Origin: an uncultured Planctomycetia bacterium
GTDB lineage: Bacteria; Omnitrophota; Gorgyraeia; B26-G9
Direction: 5' to 3'
Assembly (NCBI GenBank): GCA_964437495.1
Contig: CAYTGV010000004.1
Location: forward strand, 40,413 to 104,412
DNA length: 64,000 nucleotides
Part shown: one piece after another, positions 1-10,054 of the stretch
Layout: each line of letters begins with the position of its first letter
Numbering within the stretch: the first letter of the stretch is position 1
The notes under the pieces: model-generated
The model's input: the letters and a program-made list of their open reading frames with translations, nothing else
Database searches by the model: none
What the model was told of the DNA's origin: nothing
Program-made: the position numbers and the translations under genes

Positions 1-408
1 TTAAATAAGTAATTTTGAGAGCTTAGTTCTTAATTTTTCCGCATTCTTAATTTCACATTCCCAAATAGTAATTGTTTTCCAGCCTAGTTTTCTTAAATCT
101 TTTTTGTGCATAACGTCCCTTTTTTTGTTGCGTTCAAGTTTGCGGCTCCAATATGATTGATTGCTTTTCGGGATATTTGCTCTTTTGCATCCTTTGTGCT
201 GATGCCAAAAACAGCCGTGAACAAAAACAACTGTTTTATATTTTTTTAAGACAATGTCTGGTTTGCCCGGCAAAGTTTTTTGATGTAGCCGGAAGCGGAA
301 GCCTAAAGAATGCAGAATTTGTCGAACTAATATTTCAGGCTTTGTATCGGATGAACGGATTAAGCTCATATTCCAGCTTCGTTTTTGAGGTGACAAATGA
401 TCAGCCAT
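1..408 (-). CDS. vsr: Very short patch repair endonuclease
   Basis: RSWNMSLIRSSDTKPE, LPGKPDIV, VFVHGCFWHQH, YW..KLERNKKRD and IWECEI motifs typical of Vsr. Confidence 0.95.
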   Translation of the reverse strand: MADHLSPQKRSWNMSLIRSSDTKPEILVRQILHSLGFRFRLHQKTLPGKPDIVLKKYKTVVFVHGCFWHQHKGCKRANIPKSNQSYWSRKLERNKKRDVMHKKDLRKLGWKTITIWECEIKNAEKLRTKLSKLLI

Positions 409-889
409 GAGTATATTATATAAAAAAAGAGAAGAATAAAAAGAATTTTATTATCAAATTGGGGAGTGGCGGTTAGCTTCTAGAAATACCAACTCTTTCA
501 ATAGTTAACTTATATATTGAAACAAAGAACAATGGGATTGAAGGTGCAATGAATTGCACTGGTGTCACGTTTGAGCCCAGATAATTAAGTATTGTGAATC
601 TCTCTCCATAAGATGGCTCTTCAGAAAAGGAATGCGAGCGTTGCTATTAGAGAACTAAAATTTAAGATGAAGGCTGCAACCTTAAAGCCTGCATCTACAA
701 ATCCTTCGCAAAATTCACATAACTCTATTGCGAAGAGGAATGGTCATTTAATGTTAAGCAGAAGGGATTAGTAAAAATATTGACTATAAACGAATAATAC
801 TACTATTATTCTTGACAAAATTGCTTAATGTGATATAATATATTATATAAGTGCAAAGATTAATACATTACAACTATGAGGAGAGAAAG

Positions 890-1936
890 ATGAGATACAT
901 TATTGATATTACACAAAATCAGTCTGATAACATTCAGAAACTTATTGCTGACGGCAGGTATAGAGATTTTAATCAATTTGTTTGCACTGCTATAGATAAT
1001 CAGCTGCACATTGAAACAGAAGAAATAGGCGGGCATAAGATAGAAAATTTAGGTAGCAAAATTAATGTTTACAAACCAGAAGAACTTTTTGAAATTGATA
1101 AAAGCATAAGCATAAAAACAATCAATATTGATGTGCAGGGGGTAGCGATGCCTGATTTTAAAAATTTATCAGGCTCAGCATATGAAATTGAGGAAAAAGA
1201 TTCTTGGTTGTGGGGCCAAGTTAATAAGATTTTCCCAGTGAAAATTGGTTTAAGGATTTTACTCGCTATGCAGGGAGCAGAAAAAAACATTACTTTGGAA
1301 GAATATAGTAAAAAAGCTACACATATTGCTGCATCTTATGGAACCGGGATTAGATTATATGAAGATAGAAAGAAAAGGCCTAGAGATTTAAGGATTTCAG
1401 CTGGATTACCTAGCGAAGATGCTTTTAAAAGCAAACTTAGATATAAAGGTCAATTTTTGGCATATGTGAGAAAAGACGGCTTAATGGAAGGGGCGATGTC
1501 TTTTTTGAAATTTATTAACTTGTATAAAGATGAAGAAAGCGGACAAATGTGTATTTACTTAACAGGCGCAGGAGTAAAGTTTGCACAAATCAGCAATCCC
1601 GTAATAGATAAGGGGGAGTTCGATAAAAGTTTAAGCAAAGAGGAAATAGCTTTTTATTTGGAGCATATTGCTGAGAATGTTATAGGTGAATATCAAGCAA
1701 TAAAATGGATGCTTGAAAAACTTGAAGAGGGGATATCAGATAGAACCTTGATAAATAGAGAAATGAAAAAAATCTTCAGCCAGCTATGGGGAGGCGCCTC
1801 AGATGCTGTTATTAATACACAGAGAGCAGGGCTGATGTCTAGAATGTATGAATTAAAATTGTATGACAAAGAAAAAGATGCGAATAAAGTTGCGTATTTA
1901 ATTAATGACGCTGGAAAAGAGCTTCTTCGGCAATAA
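890..1936 (+). CDS. Hypothetical protein with N-terminal ribbon-helix-helix-like segment
   Basis: Long ORF (track start 851 GTG; ATG 890 follows GAGGAG). N-terminus YIIDIT..IQKLIADGRYRDFNQFVCTAI resembles CopG/ParD-type RHH; remainder unrecognised. Confidence 0.55.
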   Translation: MRYIIDITQNQSDNIQKLIADGRYRDFNQFVCTAIDNQLHIETEEIGGHKIENLGSKINVYKPEELFEIDKSISIKTINIDVQGVAMPDFKNLSGSAYEIEEKDSWLWGQVNKIFPVKIGLRILLAMQGAEKNITLEEYSKKATHIAASYGTGIRLYEDRKKRPRDLRISAGLPSEDAFKSKLRYKGQFLAYVRKDGLMEGAMSFLKFINLYKDEESGQMCIYLTGAGVKFAQISNPVIDKGEFDKSLSKEEIAFYLEHIAENVIGEYQAIKWMLEKLEEGISDRTLINREMKKIFSQLWGGASDAVINTQRAGLMSRMYELKLYDKEKDANKVAYLINDAGKELLRQ

Positions 1937-1953
1937 ATAAGAAGGGATGAAAC

Positions 1954-4347
1954 ATGAAATGTAAACATTGTGGGTATAATAACGCTGAAAGTAATTCTAT
2001 TTGTGATGAGTGTCGCCATTCATTGACTTCTTCAGGGACGCCACAAAACTGGAAAAGTGAAATAGAGCAAGTAGTGGCCACGTATGAGCAAGAACCAGCA
2101 AAAGGATTAGTCCACGGGTTACAAAAAGATGCTATTCAAAATGGTTGGGGGCATAGGGTTAACGATAAAGGTAGGGGGTGGAAATTTACTTTTACTCTGA
2201 AAAAATTCGAGGATGTTACATATTTGCTACTTACGGATGAAGGGACTACTGGATTAACAGGTCCAAATTTAACAACTGAAGAAATTCAACAGGCTGTGAC
2301 TCTCCCCGATGATCATAAGCTAGCTCGTTTTACAGGGATGAAGTGGTCTGGAGGTAGCCAGGGAGTGGGGTTGTATGGCAGAGGAAAGTTACTTTTTCCA
2401 GCTGTATCAAAAGATTGCAAGATATATTTTGATAGTCTTACGGAAAAGGATGGGTATAGATTGAATTACAAAATGCTCATAGGTTCAAGTTATGAAGGAT
2501 CTCCCAAAGCGCTGGAAGGAGAAGAAGCAAAAGATTTAATAAAAAAGCTCAAAATGGAACTACTTTCAAATATCGGCACACGAATAATCATAGTAAATCC
2601 AATACAAGAATTAGTTGAGGCAATAAAGAATGGAGAACTGATAAAAAACATCCAAGAAACATGGTGGCCTATAATAGCGCGGGGAGCAGAAATCTTTTTA
2701 GATATTAATGGGGTAAAACGGATTGTAGGCTTTCCTGAAGAATATTATGATTTACCCGAAAAGCCTGCAAATGGTTGGAAAGTGTGGTTTAGGAAGAATA
2801 TTAAGATTGGTGATGATTATACGATTAGACATATTCATTTGCTTATTGCTCCAAAAAAGATAGATGAAGATTTTAGAGGGATTCATTTGTATCGCCAGGG
2901 CATGAAAACGGGAGGTTTTAATTTTGAAATTCCTCCAAAAATTAAAGATCGGTATTTTGGATATATCGAGCTTGATAGGGGATCCGAACATATGGTAATC
3001 CCGCTTGAAGATATAACTCACTATGGATTCAAGAAGAAAAGAACTACGGAATTCCAGAAAATAAAGCGTTTTATCGAAAGTGACCATAAGGCTTTCATGG
3101 ATCGAGAAGGGCTATTAGTTAAAAAATATTCGAGCGAAGAAAAATTGAAAAAAACTTTTGAAAATAGTTCTAAAATTATCAATGAACTTATCTCTAGCTT
3201 TGGGATTGATAGCGTAGGTGAAGGAGGAATGACGGCTTCATTTATAGTAAGATGGATGGGGATTGATTTTCCAGACGAAGGGAATTCAAAAGTAGTAACA
3301 GGCGAGACTATAAGTAATATAAGATTTAAAATAATTAACAACCAGGGGAGCTGTGAGAGATTTAATTACCAGTTAAAAATTGTTCATAACGACAAAGATG
3401 TAGTTTTAATAGATGAACAATCGGTACCTGTAAATTCTTCTTCAGAAAAAATATTCGGGCCGTACAATGTTAATATTAATGAGCAAGCAATGCCTCGGTA
3501 TGAGAAGCTGTTCATACAGCTGGAGGTTAAAAAGGTAGGCCTTAAAAAACAAATCATAAAGAAAATACCTTTTTTCTATGATTGCGATCCTCAAGATAGG
3601 CCGGAGTTTGGATTCTCAGTCCAAATTGCGGAGGTAAAATTTCCAGGAGGGAATAGTCATAGAGTTAATACGGGCGAAAAAATTACAGGACTTAAATATT
3701 TGATAAAGAATAATACAGCACTGAGAGAAAAGATAGGGATATATATACGCACGCATAATATGACAGAAGGGGGAAACCCTGTAATAGAGGAGATACTACT
3801 CAATAGGGAGGGAATAACAATAGAGCCTTTTTCTGAAGAACTTGTTGAATGTAGGGATATTGATTTTTCAGAAGAGATTTATTTATCGCAAATTGCCAAA
3901 GGGTTGATAGAATTGCGGGCAAGTGTAAGTTCTATGGGTGAAGGAAAGTATGCGCATGCAGATTCAATTTGCAAGCCTTCTAAGATAAAAATATACTTTA
4001 ATGAAAATGAGCCGGGAGTAAGTGTTTTTAATGACTCAGAGTGGAAGAAAGATAAAGGTGGCCCTAGATCAGATTGCTCAGGACAAGGTAAAAACTGGAC
4101 ATTTATTATCAATATAGAACATTCTTGCTATATAAATGCTGAGGAAGAGGGCGAAGAAGCGCGGGACGAGTACTATGTTGACGAAATGCTGAAGCAGACA
4201 GTCAAGATATTATTATTGTCAAACAATTATAAGATTTTCACAAAGGATAAAAAATGGTTTGATAACGAAGAGGTGTCGCCGCCTGAAGTATTTGTAGTCA
4301 TGAATGAAGCATACGACAAATTGCTGGATAAAATACATAGGAGATAA
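1954..4347 (+). CDS. GHKL (HATPase_c-like) ATPase with N-terminal Zn ribbon and C-terminal beta-rich domains
   Basis: CKHC..CDEC; GHKL-like boxes LQKDAIQNGW (N box), LLLTDEGTTGLTG (G1), GVGLYGRGK (G2). Confidence 0.7.
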   Translation: MKCKHCGYNNAESNSICDECRHSLTSSGTPQNWKSEIEQVVATYEQEPAKGLVHGLQKDAIQNGWGHRVNDKGRGWKFTFTLKKFEDVTYLLLTDEGTTGLTGPNLTTEEIQQAVTLPDDHKLARFTGMKWSGGSQGVGLYGRGKLLFPAVSKDCKIYFDSLTEKDGYRLNYKMLIGSSYEGSPKALEGEEAKDLIKKLKMELLSNIGTRIIIVNPIQELVEAIKNGELIKNIQETWWPIIARGAEIFLDINGVKRIVGFPEEYYDLPEKPANGWKVWFRKNIKIGDDYTIRHIHLLIAPKKIDEDFRGIHLYRQGMKTGGFNFEIPPKIKDRYFGYIELDRGSEHMVIPLEDITHYGFKKKRTTEFQKIKRFIESDHKAFMDREGLLVKKYSSEEKLKKTFENSSKIINELISSFGIDSVGEGGMTASFIVRWMGIDFPDEGNSKVVTGETISNIRFKIINNQGSCERFNYQLKIVHNDKDVVLIDEQSVPVNSSSEKIFGPYNVNINEQAMPRYEKLFIQLEVKKVGLKKQIIKKIPFFYDCDPQDRPEFGFSVQIAEVKFPGGNSHRVNTGEKITGLKYLIKNNTALREKIGIYIRTHNMTEGGNPVIEEILLNREGITIEPFSEELVECRDIDFSEEIYLSQIAKGLIELRASVSSMGEGKYAHADSICKPSKIKIYFNENEPGVSVFNDSEWKKDKGGPRSDCSGQGKNWTFIINIEHSCYINAEEEGEEARDEYYVDEMLKQTVKILLLSNNYKIFTKDKKWFDNEEVSPPEVFVVMNEAYDKLLDKIHRR

Positions 4348-5153
4348 TGATGGCAATATTATTCAAGAAAGAGAAAGGCAAGAATATATATAAAGGCATC
4401 GTCGGTAAAGAGCAGATACAGAAAGCCGATAAGCTGTATGAATATTTAGCTGCCAAAATCCCGAGACTAGAAACAGAGTTATCAGAGCAATATGAGAAAA
4501 TTAGCATACAATTTTGGTATTATTTTGGAAAAGGATTAAGAGAAATAGTAGAGAAATTTGATATAGATAACCAAGACAGACAATATCTTTGGGAGGCAAT
4601 TGCAAACTTAGCGGCGTCGGATGTAAGTGTGCGAAAAAATAGATCATCTAATAGAACAAATTATGAGTATTTTTATAGGCTTTCTGAAGTATCTTTAACG
4701 GATGTAGAAAAACTTAATTGGAGTGAGTGGTCTACATTTTTTGATTCGATTACTATAAGAAGAGAAGAAAGAAGTTTCGCATGGTTTATTACTAAGCTTT
4801 CGGATCGCAAGATGGATAGAAAGACAATGCGAACCTTAATGATTGCGATGAATAAAGCTCTAGAGGGTAAAGAAACGTGGATGTATTCCGATGAAGATCT
4901 ATGGAAGAGGTTTAATGCAGCGCTTATGGCGTCCTTGTTTTTAATCAGTAATGCACCCAAAGATAAGATGATACAAAAAAAAACAAATAAGCCCCTATCT
5001 GAGCGGCAGCAAATTGTAAATAAAAAAGCATTACAAAAAAAAACAAAGATCAGGCAAAAATTTTTCAAAGAATTTTTCATGCTAGTAGATTTAAAAGAGA
5101 AGTTAAGCATAGAAGCAATGTGCATAGAAGCTTTTAAAAAAGTTAAAGGATAG
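4347..5153 (+). CDS. Hypothetical protein, weak resemblance to DUF1016/YhcG N-terminal domain
   Basis: FWYYFGKGLREIV ... RTNYEYFYRL ... LNWSEW pattern; start overlaps the GHKL stop codon. Confidence 0.45.
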   Translation: MMAILFKKEKGKNIYKGIVGKEQIQKADKLYEYLAAKIPRLETELSEQYEKISIQFWYYFGKGLREIVEKFDIDNQDRQYLWEAIANLAASDVSVRKNRSSNRTNYEYFYRLSEVSLTDVEKLNWSEWSTFFDSITIRREERSFAWFITKLSDRKMDRKTMRTLMIAMNKALEGKETWMYSDEDLWKRFNAALMASLFLISNAPKDKMIQKKTNKPLSERQQIVNKKALQKKTKIRQKFFKEFFMLVDLKEKLSIEAMCIEAFKKVKG

Positions 5154-5182
5154 AGGAGTAGTGAAAATAAAAGAAGGGATAT

Positions 5183-5500
5183 GTGAGGTATAAAGATTTT
5201 ATAGACAATTTGGAAATCCGCAGAACGTTAACGGATAAAGAAGAAACTAAAATGGGTAAAATTTGTTCTGTGACATCAAAAAACAGGAGGACATTAATTA
5301 TGAATAAGAATAAGTATTTCTCGGAAGGCACAATCGTTAAATTAAAAAATCCAGCTGACGATGTAGAGGGCAAGGCACTTTTCGAAGTAATTGAAAACAA
5401 AGGTGACAGAGTTGATATCAAGCTCTTAAACACAAAAATGTCTATTCCTCCTGTCGAGTGTGTAAGTATCAACGAAATCGTTATTGCAAATCCGAAATAA
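5183..5500 (+). CDS. Small hypothetical protein (true start may be downstream)
   Basis: ORF co-oriented with operon; no recognisable motif. Confidence 0.35.
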   Translation: MRYKDFIDNLEIRRTLTDKEETKMGKICSVTSKNRRTLIMNKNKYFSEGTIVKLKNPADDVEGKALFEVIENKGDRVDIKLLNTKMSIPPVECVSINEIVIANPK

Positions 5501-5765
5501 AAAAATTCTTTAAGCAAAATCTTCATTATTAACGAAGAGTGCTATTTTTCTTATGCGTTAAGTTTACAGCAAGCGGCTGAAATTAAAAGGCTAGCAAATA
5601 TAGAAAATATGGTGTTATCAGATGGTCGGATTTGCTGATATTATGGACTAAAGAAGACATATTTATAGATAAAAACATGCAAACAAGGGCCAACTTATAT
5701 ATAATTTAGTAAATTTACCGTAAAACAAGATGATCGTGTATTATATGTTAGTGAGAATAAATAAT

Positions 5766-6659
5766 ATGAAAAAAGATTTTGATTATGCTTATTATTTAGT
5801 TGCTTTCGTTGATGTCTTAGGACAAAAAGAAGCGTTTCAAGGCATTACTGATCTTCCTAAAAATGATGAGGCACAAAAAAAGCTAATAAAAGCGCATTCT
5901 AGCACTGTTTTATTTGTCGAAGAACTTAGAGAATGGTTTGACGACTTTTTTAGTAGTTATACTGAAATAAAAGACTCTGAGTTTAAAGTTCCGGAGGAAA
6001 AGAAAGAACAATTTGATGAAATGCGTAAAAGCATTTTAAACCATGCTCGTTTTTCAGATTGTCTCCAGTTTTCTGTTCCTTTAGTTAGCGATAAGAAATA
6101 TTATTCTCCTTGTGTGAATGGTATTTTTGGAATATTGGGTGCTTGTGGTGGAATGCTAATATTGTCTTTAGCCAAGAAAAAACCTTTCAGAGCTGGCATA
6201 GATGTGGGTATTGCCACAGAATTAAGTAGTGGTGAAGTGTATGGTCCAGGATTTTTTAATGCTTATACTTTGGAGAGTAAAATTGCTCAACATCCGAGAA
6301 TTGTAATCGGAGATACACTCATAAATTTTTTACTAAATTTGTCTCATAAAAATTCGCAGATACCAAATCAAACAAAAGAAGACGTAGAACTATGCAAAAT
6401 GTTAGCAGACAATTGCTTACAAATGATTATAAAAGATTTAGATGGACATTTCATTCTGGACTATCTTGGACAAAACTTTCGCGATAATTTCACTAAAAAT
6501 TTAGCTGCTGACGGACAAGAGGCAAATGAAAAAGCATTTAAGCTGGCTTTTGATTTTATTGAAAAAGAATACGAGAAGCTAAATAAAGATAGGAACGAGA
6601 AGCTTAGCTCAAGATATTTTATGTTATACAATTATTTTAAGTCTAGATTAAATCTCTAA
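5766..6659 (+). CDS. Class III nucleotidyl cyclase-like protein
   Basis: VAFVDVLG, FSD, RAGIDVG, YGPGFFNAYTLES..AQHPRIVI motifs; track start 5730. Confidence 0.65.
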   Translation: MKKDFDYAYYLVAFVDVLGQKEAFQGITDLPKNDEAQKKLIKAHSSTVLFVEELREWFDDFFSSYTEIKDSEFKVPEEKKEQFDEMRKSILNHARFSDCLQFSVPLVSDKKYYSPCVNGIFGILGACGGMLILSLAKKKPFRAGIDVGIATELSSGEVYGPGFFNAYTLESKIAQHPRIVIGDTLINFLLNLSHKNSQIPNQTKEDVELCKMLADNCLQMIIKDLDGHFILDYLGQNFRDNFTKNLAADGQEANEKAFKLAFDFIEKEYEKLNKDRNEKLSSRYFMLYNYFKSRLNL

Positions 6660-6736
6660 CAATTCGCTCCAGGGCAATCGGAACCTGCTCCGAAAAAGCA
6701 GGGTCGGCCTCCTCTGCCTGAGCTCAAATGTTTTAT
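6654..6736 (+). other. Integron attC-like recombination site
   Basis: CTCTAAC overlapping the stop codon, spacer AATTC, GCTCCAGGGCA pairing with TGCCTGAGC with extrahelical bases, inner CCTGCT/AGCAGG stem, ends in GTTTTAT. Confidence 0.7.
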
Positions 6737-6750
6737 ATGAGGAATAAAAA

Positions 6751-7800
6751 ATGAATGATGATAATATTATTACTACGAAAAGCATTGGTGCTGACATAGT
6801 TGATGTTAAAGAAGATTTTATCCTTGATCAAAAGCCAATGTCTCGTTTGGTTTTTCATGCCCAAATACATAGTGAGGGAATCAGAGGACGAATTATCAGA
6901 CAACGTAGAGAATCAACTGAGGATGTTTGGACTCCAGATAAAGTTATAAACATACGTGATTTAGGTAAAAACGAAGCAATAAATATTGAACTTAAAACAG
7001 TGGCAGTGAGAAAACTATATTCAGCGATATTAAAATTATTAAATATTTTGCAACAAAAAGGCATAGCATATGGAGAAAATAAATATGCAGTAGTGAATCC
7101 TGATTCTGTGGTCATTACAGATAAAAATAAGGCTGCTTACATTAAAAAGATTCTAGATGCTGGATATGATGAGGAAGTATGGAATACTCTTGTAGAATCA
7201 AACCCTTCTCTGGTTACGAAGTTATCCTACGCAAGAATACAAAGATCAAAACTAAAAGTAACCAAAGAATTAAAAAATAGATTACAAAAAGGCGGTTTCG
7301 ACGAAACGAAAGGTGATGATTGCTGGCAAAAATGGATATATAAAAACAATTGGTTGTTTGGGGTGAACTACAAAAAACCAATTGAGAAAACAAAAATTAA
7401 TATTGCAGGTGTAATGCCAGATTATCTCTTTCCAACTTTAGATGGATTTATTGACATCTTAGAGATTAAACTACCTGATAATGGAGTAATTGCTAAAGAT
7501 AGCAGTCATTGTGGTTCTTGGAAATTGACATCAGAAACAAATACTGCTATTGGGCAGGTTGTAAATTATTTAAATGAAATTGATAGACTGCGTCTTGAAA
7601 TTGAGAAAATTATAAGAACTCAATATGGTTGTGAAATTAGTTTATTAAAACCTCGTGCGTATATTTTGATTGGAAATAGTACTGGTTGGGATATTGAAAA
7701 AAGAGAAGGATTGCGAAAAATCAATAACGCTTTACATGGCATTGAAATATTAACATATGAAGATCTTCTAAGTAGAGGTTGCGAGGCAACAAAAGAATAG
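6751..7800 (+). CDS. sduA: Shedu anti-phage nuclease (DUF4263)
   Basis: WQKWIYKNNWLFG, PDYL..ILEIKLP, AIGQVVNY, KPRAYILIG, IEILTYEDLL. Confidence 0.85.
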   Translation: MNDDNIITTKSIGADIVDVKEDFILDQKPMSRLVFHAQIHSEGIRGRIIRQRRESTEDVWTPDKVINIRDLGKNEAINIELKTVAVRKLYSAILKLLNILQQKGIAYGENKYAVVNPDSVVITDKNKAAYIKKILDAGYDEEVWNTLVESNPSLVTKLSYARIQRSKLKVTKELKNRLQKGGFDETKGDDCWQKWIYKNNWLFGVNYKKPIEKTKINIAGVMPDYLFPTLDGFIDILEIKLPDNGVIAKDSSHCGSWKLTSETNTAIGQVVNYLNEIDRLRLEIEKIIRTQYGCEISLLKPRAYILIGNSTGWDIEKREGLRKINNALHGIEILTYEDLLSRGCEATKE

Positions 7801-8001
7801 TTTTAGAGTATTGTTAAAAGTTAATAATGAATAATATAAACATATCAAATCTCTTCAGGCAGTCGCAACCCGCCGCCATGGAATTAAAGGGACACAATAC
7901 TTAATCATTGGGTGCGAGAAAAATGGTCAGGTCTTAAGACTTACAGAAGAGCAGGTTAAATTATTGACAAAACCCAATCTTTACACTAACCTATACTTAT
8001 C

Positions 8002-9033
8002 ATGGCAAATAAAAAATTAGCCTCTGAAAAAGTAACCTACGAAATAGATCCTTATAATAGACTTATCATTAACAAATCCGGCAAAAAAAGCCGACTCTCC
8101 AGATTTAGGCAGGTTCTTGACGGACGCTTCAAAATCGATAAAGACAATACAGTATCTTATTATATAAAAGCCCCGATGCCTAAAGGTGCGGAAATCCCGT
8201 ATCAGGTTAAACTCCAGGGGAAATGGTCTCTATCCGTTGATCATAACCTGTGCTTGACGCTTAATAAATGGGGCCGGGAAACTCTGGGAGATAAATTAAC
8301 TCTGCAGGCTGATGTAATAGATACATCTAAAAATTCTCTGGTTTTTGCCCTTACCACTACTACAAAAGAAAACACCCAATCAATTTATATCCTCAAACTC
8401 AAAGGAGCATGGCAGGCAGATAAGCACAACCGGCTTACGTTTAGGATTCAGAGAGAGCAGGGAAGCCACGATATCCTGACGTTTAGAGGCGCATGGGAGA
8501 TAAATAAACAGCATCAGATTATTTATCAGTATGAAAAAGCCCAGCTCATCCGCAAACGCAAAAAAATTCACACACTGATTTTTCAAGGCTATTGGGATAT
8601 AAAAGATAAAGGCCGAGTATCTTATATACTTGATCAGCAATCTAACTCTGTTTTTGCCTTCAAAACTAGCATAGGCATATTTAAAGACAAATATATAAAA
8701 TACGAAGTGGGTATAGGCGTTTCTCGTAAACCTAAACCAATAAAGCGTGTGCTTATTCTATTTGGTAAATGGAAAATTAAAAAAAGCGTAGGATTAATAT
8801 TTGAAGTGGAATACAAAAATAAAAAAATCCACGCCATGGTCTTTGGTGCAGAAGCGAAGCTGACTGCCAAAGATAGCATAAGTTTTAAGCTAAAGAATGA
8901 GAAAAATAAAGGCCTTAGCGCGCAGTTGAAACTTTCGCGCAAGATACTAAAAGGAGACGGCTTGTCATTCTTGCGATTTCTGAAATCAAAAGGGGAAAGT
9001 ACTGTTACTATAGGCGCGGGTTTTAGATGGTAG
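8002..9033 (+). CDS. Lys-rich all-beta repeat protein with C-terminal beta-signal-like end
   Basis: Repeated G-x-W/F hairpin units; ends VTIGAGFRW; no N-terminal signal peptide. Confidence 0.6.
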   Translation: MANKKLASEKVTYEIDPYNRLIINKSGKKSRLSRFRQVLDGRFKIDKDNTVSYYIKAPMPKGAEIPYQVKLQGKWSLSVDHNLCLTLNKWGRETLGDKLTLQADVIDTSKNSLVFALTTTTKENTQSIYILKLKGAWQADKHNRLTFRIQREQGSHDILTFRGAWEINKQHQIIYQYEKAQLIRKRKKIHTLIFQGYWDIKDKGRVSYILDQQSNSVFAFKTSIGIFKDKYIKYEVGIGVSRKPKPIKRVLILFGKWKIKKSVGLIFEVEYKNKKIHAMVFGAEAKLTAKDSISFKLKNEKNKGLSAQLKLSRKILKGDGLSFLRFLKSKGESTVTIGAGFRW

Positions 9034-9040
9034 TAAAAGC

Positions 9041-9068
9041 AGCGAATAGCGGAGAGCGTTTAGCGATT
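9041..9068 (+). repeat. Four imperfect AGCGnnn heptamers
   Basis: AGCGAAT AGCGGAG AGCGTTT AGCGATT. Confidence 0.6.
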
Positions 9069-9188
9069 AGTACAAAAGACAAAAAAAGCGGATAGAAAAA
9101 AAGGCCGCCAAGTGGGCACTTTTAAGTGGACAATGGCGAGCCTCGCCGCAGGAAACTTCAAAGAGGAAACTCGGCGGGAGGGGAAAAA

Positions 9189-9971
9189 ATGGGAAAATTG
9201 GGATGTGTTAAAGATACGTTCAGCGGTAAAGACTATTTAATGCGGGCGTATTTGCCGATCATGAAACTACCTACGAAAATTGATTATACGCCTAAGCTCT
9301 CACCAGTCCGAGATCAGGGGGATGAAGGCACCTGCGTAAGCTTTGCCTGTGCCAGCGGGATGAAGGAATACCAGGAAATACTTGATTATGGAAAATCAAT
9401 AAAGCTTTCCCCGCGGTTTATTTATAGCGAATGCAAAAAGATAGATGGTATGCCGGAATCGGAGGGAACAACTCTTCGTGCAGCAATGCAGGTGCTTAAT
9501 AAAAAGGGAGTTTGTCGGGAAAAATTCTGGCCGTATCAACCGTATCAAACAAACAAAGCGAAGAAAGGTTTTTCTACCAACGCCAAAAAATTTCGCATTA
9601 AGACCTACGCCCGCATTCTCAACTTAAATGAATTACGTTTAAGCCTGGCTAATAAGGGGCCATGTGTTATTGGTGTTCAGGTGTTTGAAGGGATGATGAG
9701 AACAAAGACAGGGCTTGTCCCAATGCCTAAGAAAAAAGAATATCCTTTAGGCGGGCATGCAATTTGTCCCGTAGGATATGATGATAACAAGAAACTGGTT
9801 AAATTTAAAAACTCTTGGTCTGATAAATGGGGGAAGAAAGGGTATGGATTTTTACCTTATGCTTATATTGAAAATCATATGATGGATGCCTGGAGCTCAG
9901 TTGATATTGAAGATCCTAATCCGCTTACGCTGGCAAGCGTGTTGAGTTATAGAGAGAGGGCTTTAGTTTAG
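9189..9971 (+). CDS. Papain-family (C1A) cysteine peptidase
   Basis: VRDQGDEGTCVSFA (Q/C), GGHAICPVGYDD (H), FKNSWSDKWGKKGY (N); track start 9126. Confidence 0.93.
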   Translation: MGKLGCVKDTFSGKDYLMRAYLPIMKLPTKIDYTPKLSPVRDQGDEGTCVSFACASGMKEYQEILDYGKSIKLSPRFIYSECKKIDGMPESEGTTLRAAMQVLNKKGVCREKFWPYQPYQTNKAKKGFSTNAKKFRIKTYARILNLNELRLSLANKGPCVIGVQVFEGMMRTKTGLVPMPKKKEYPLGGHAICPVGYDDNKKLVKFKNSWSDKWGKKGYGFLPYAYIENHMMDAWSSVDIEDPNPLTLASVLSYRERALV

Positions 9972-10054
9972 TCAAGGGACATACAGGGTTTAGAACAACA
10001 AATTTTATGGGAACAGGAACACATTCCAATTTAATTTAGAACAGGATAAAGACA

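Noticed and set aside
5766-6659. Complete Pycsar or CBASS system
   Set aside because: No adjacent TIR, transmembrane or other cyclic-nucleotide-sensing effector.
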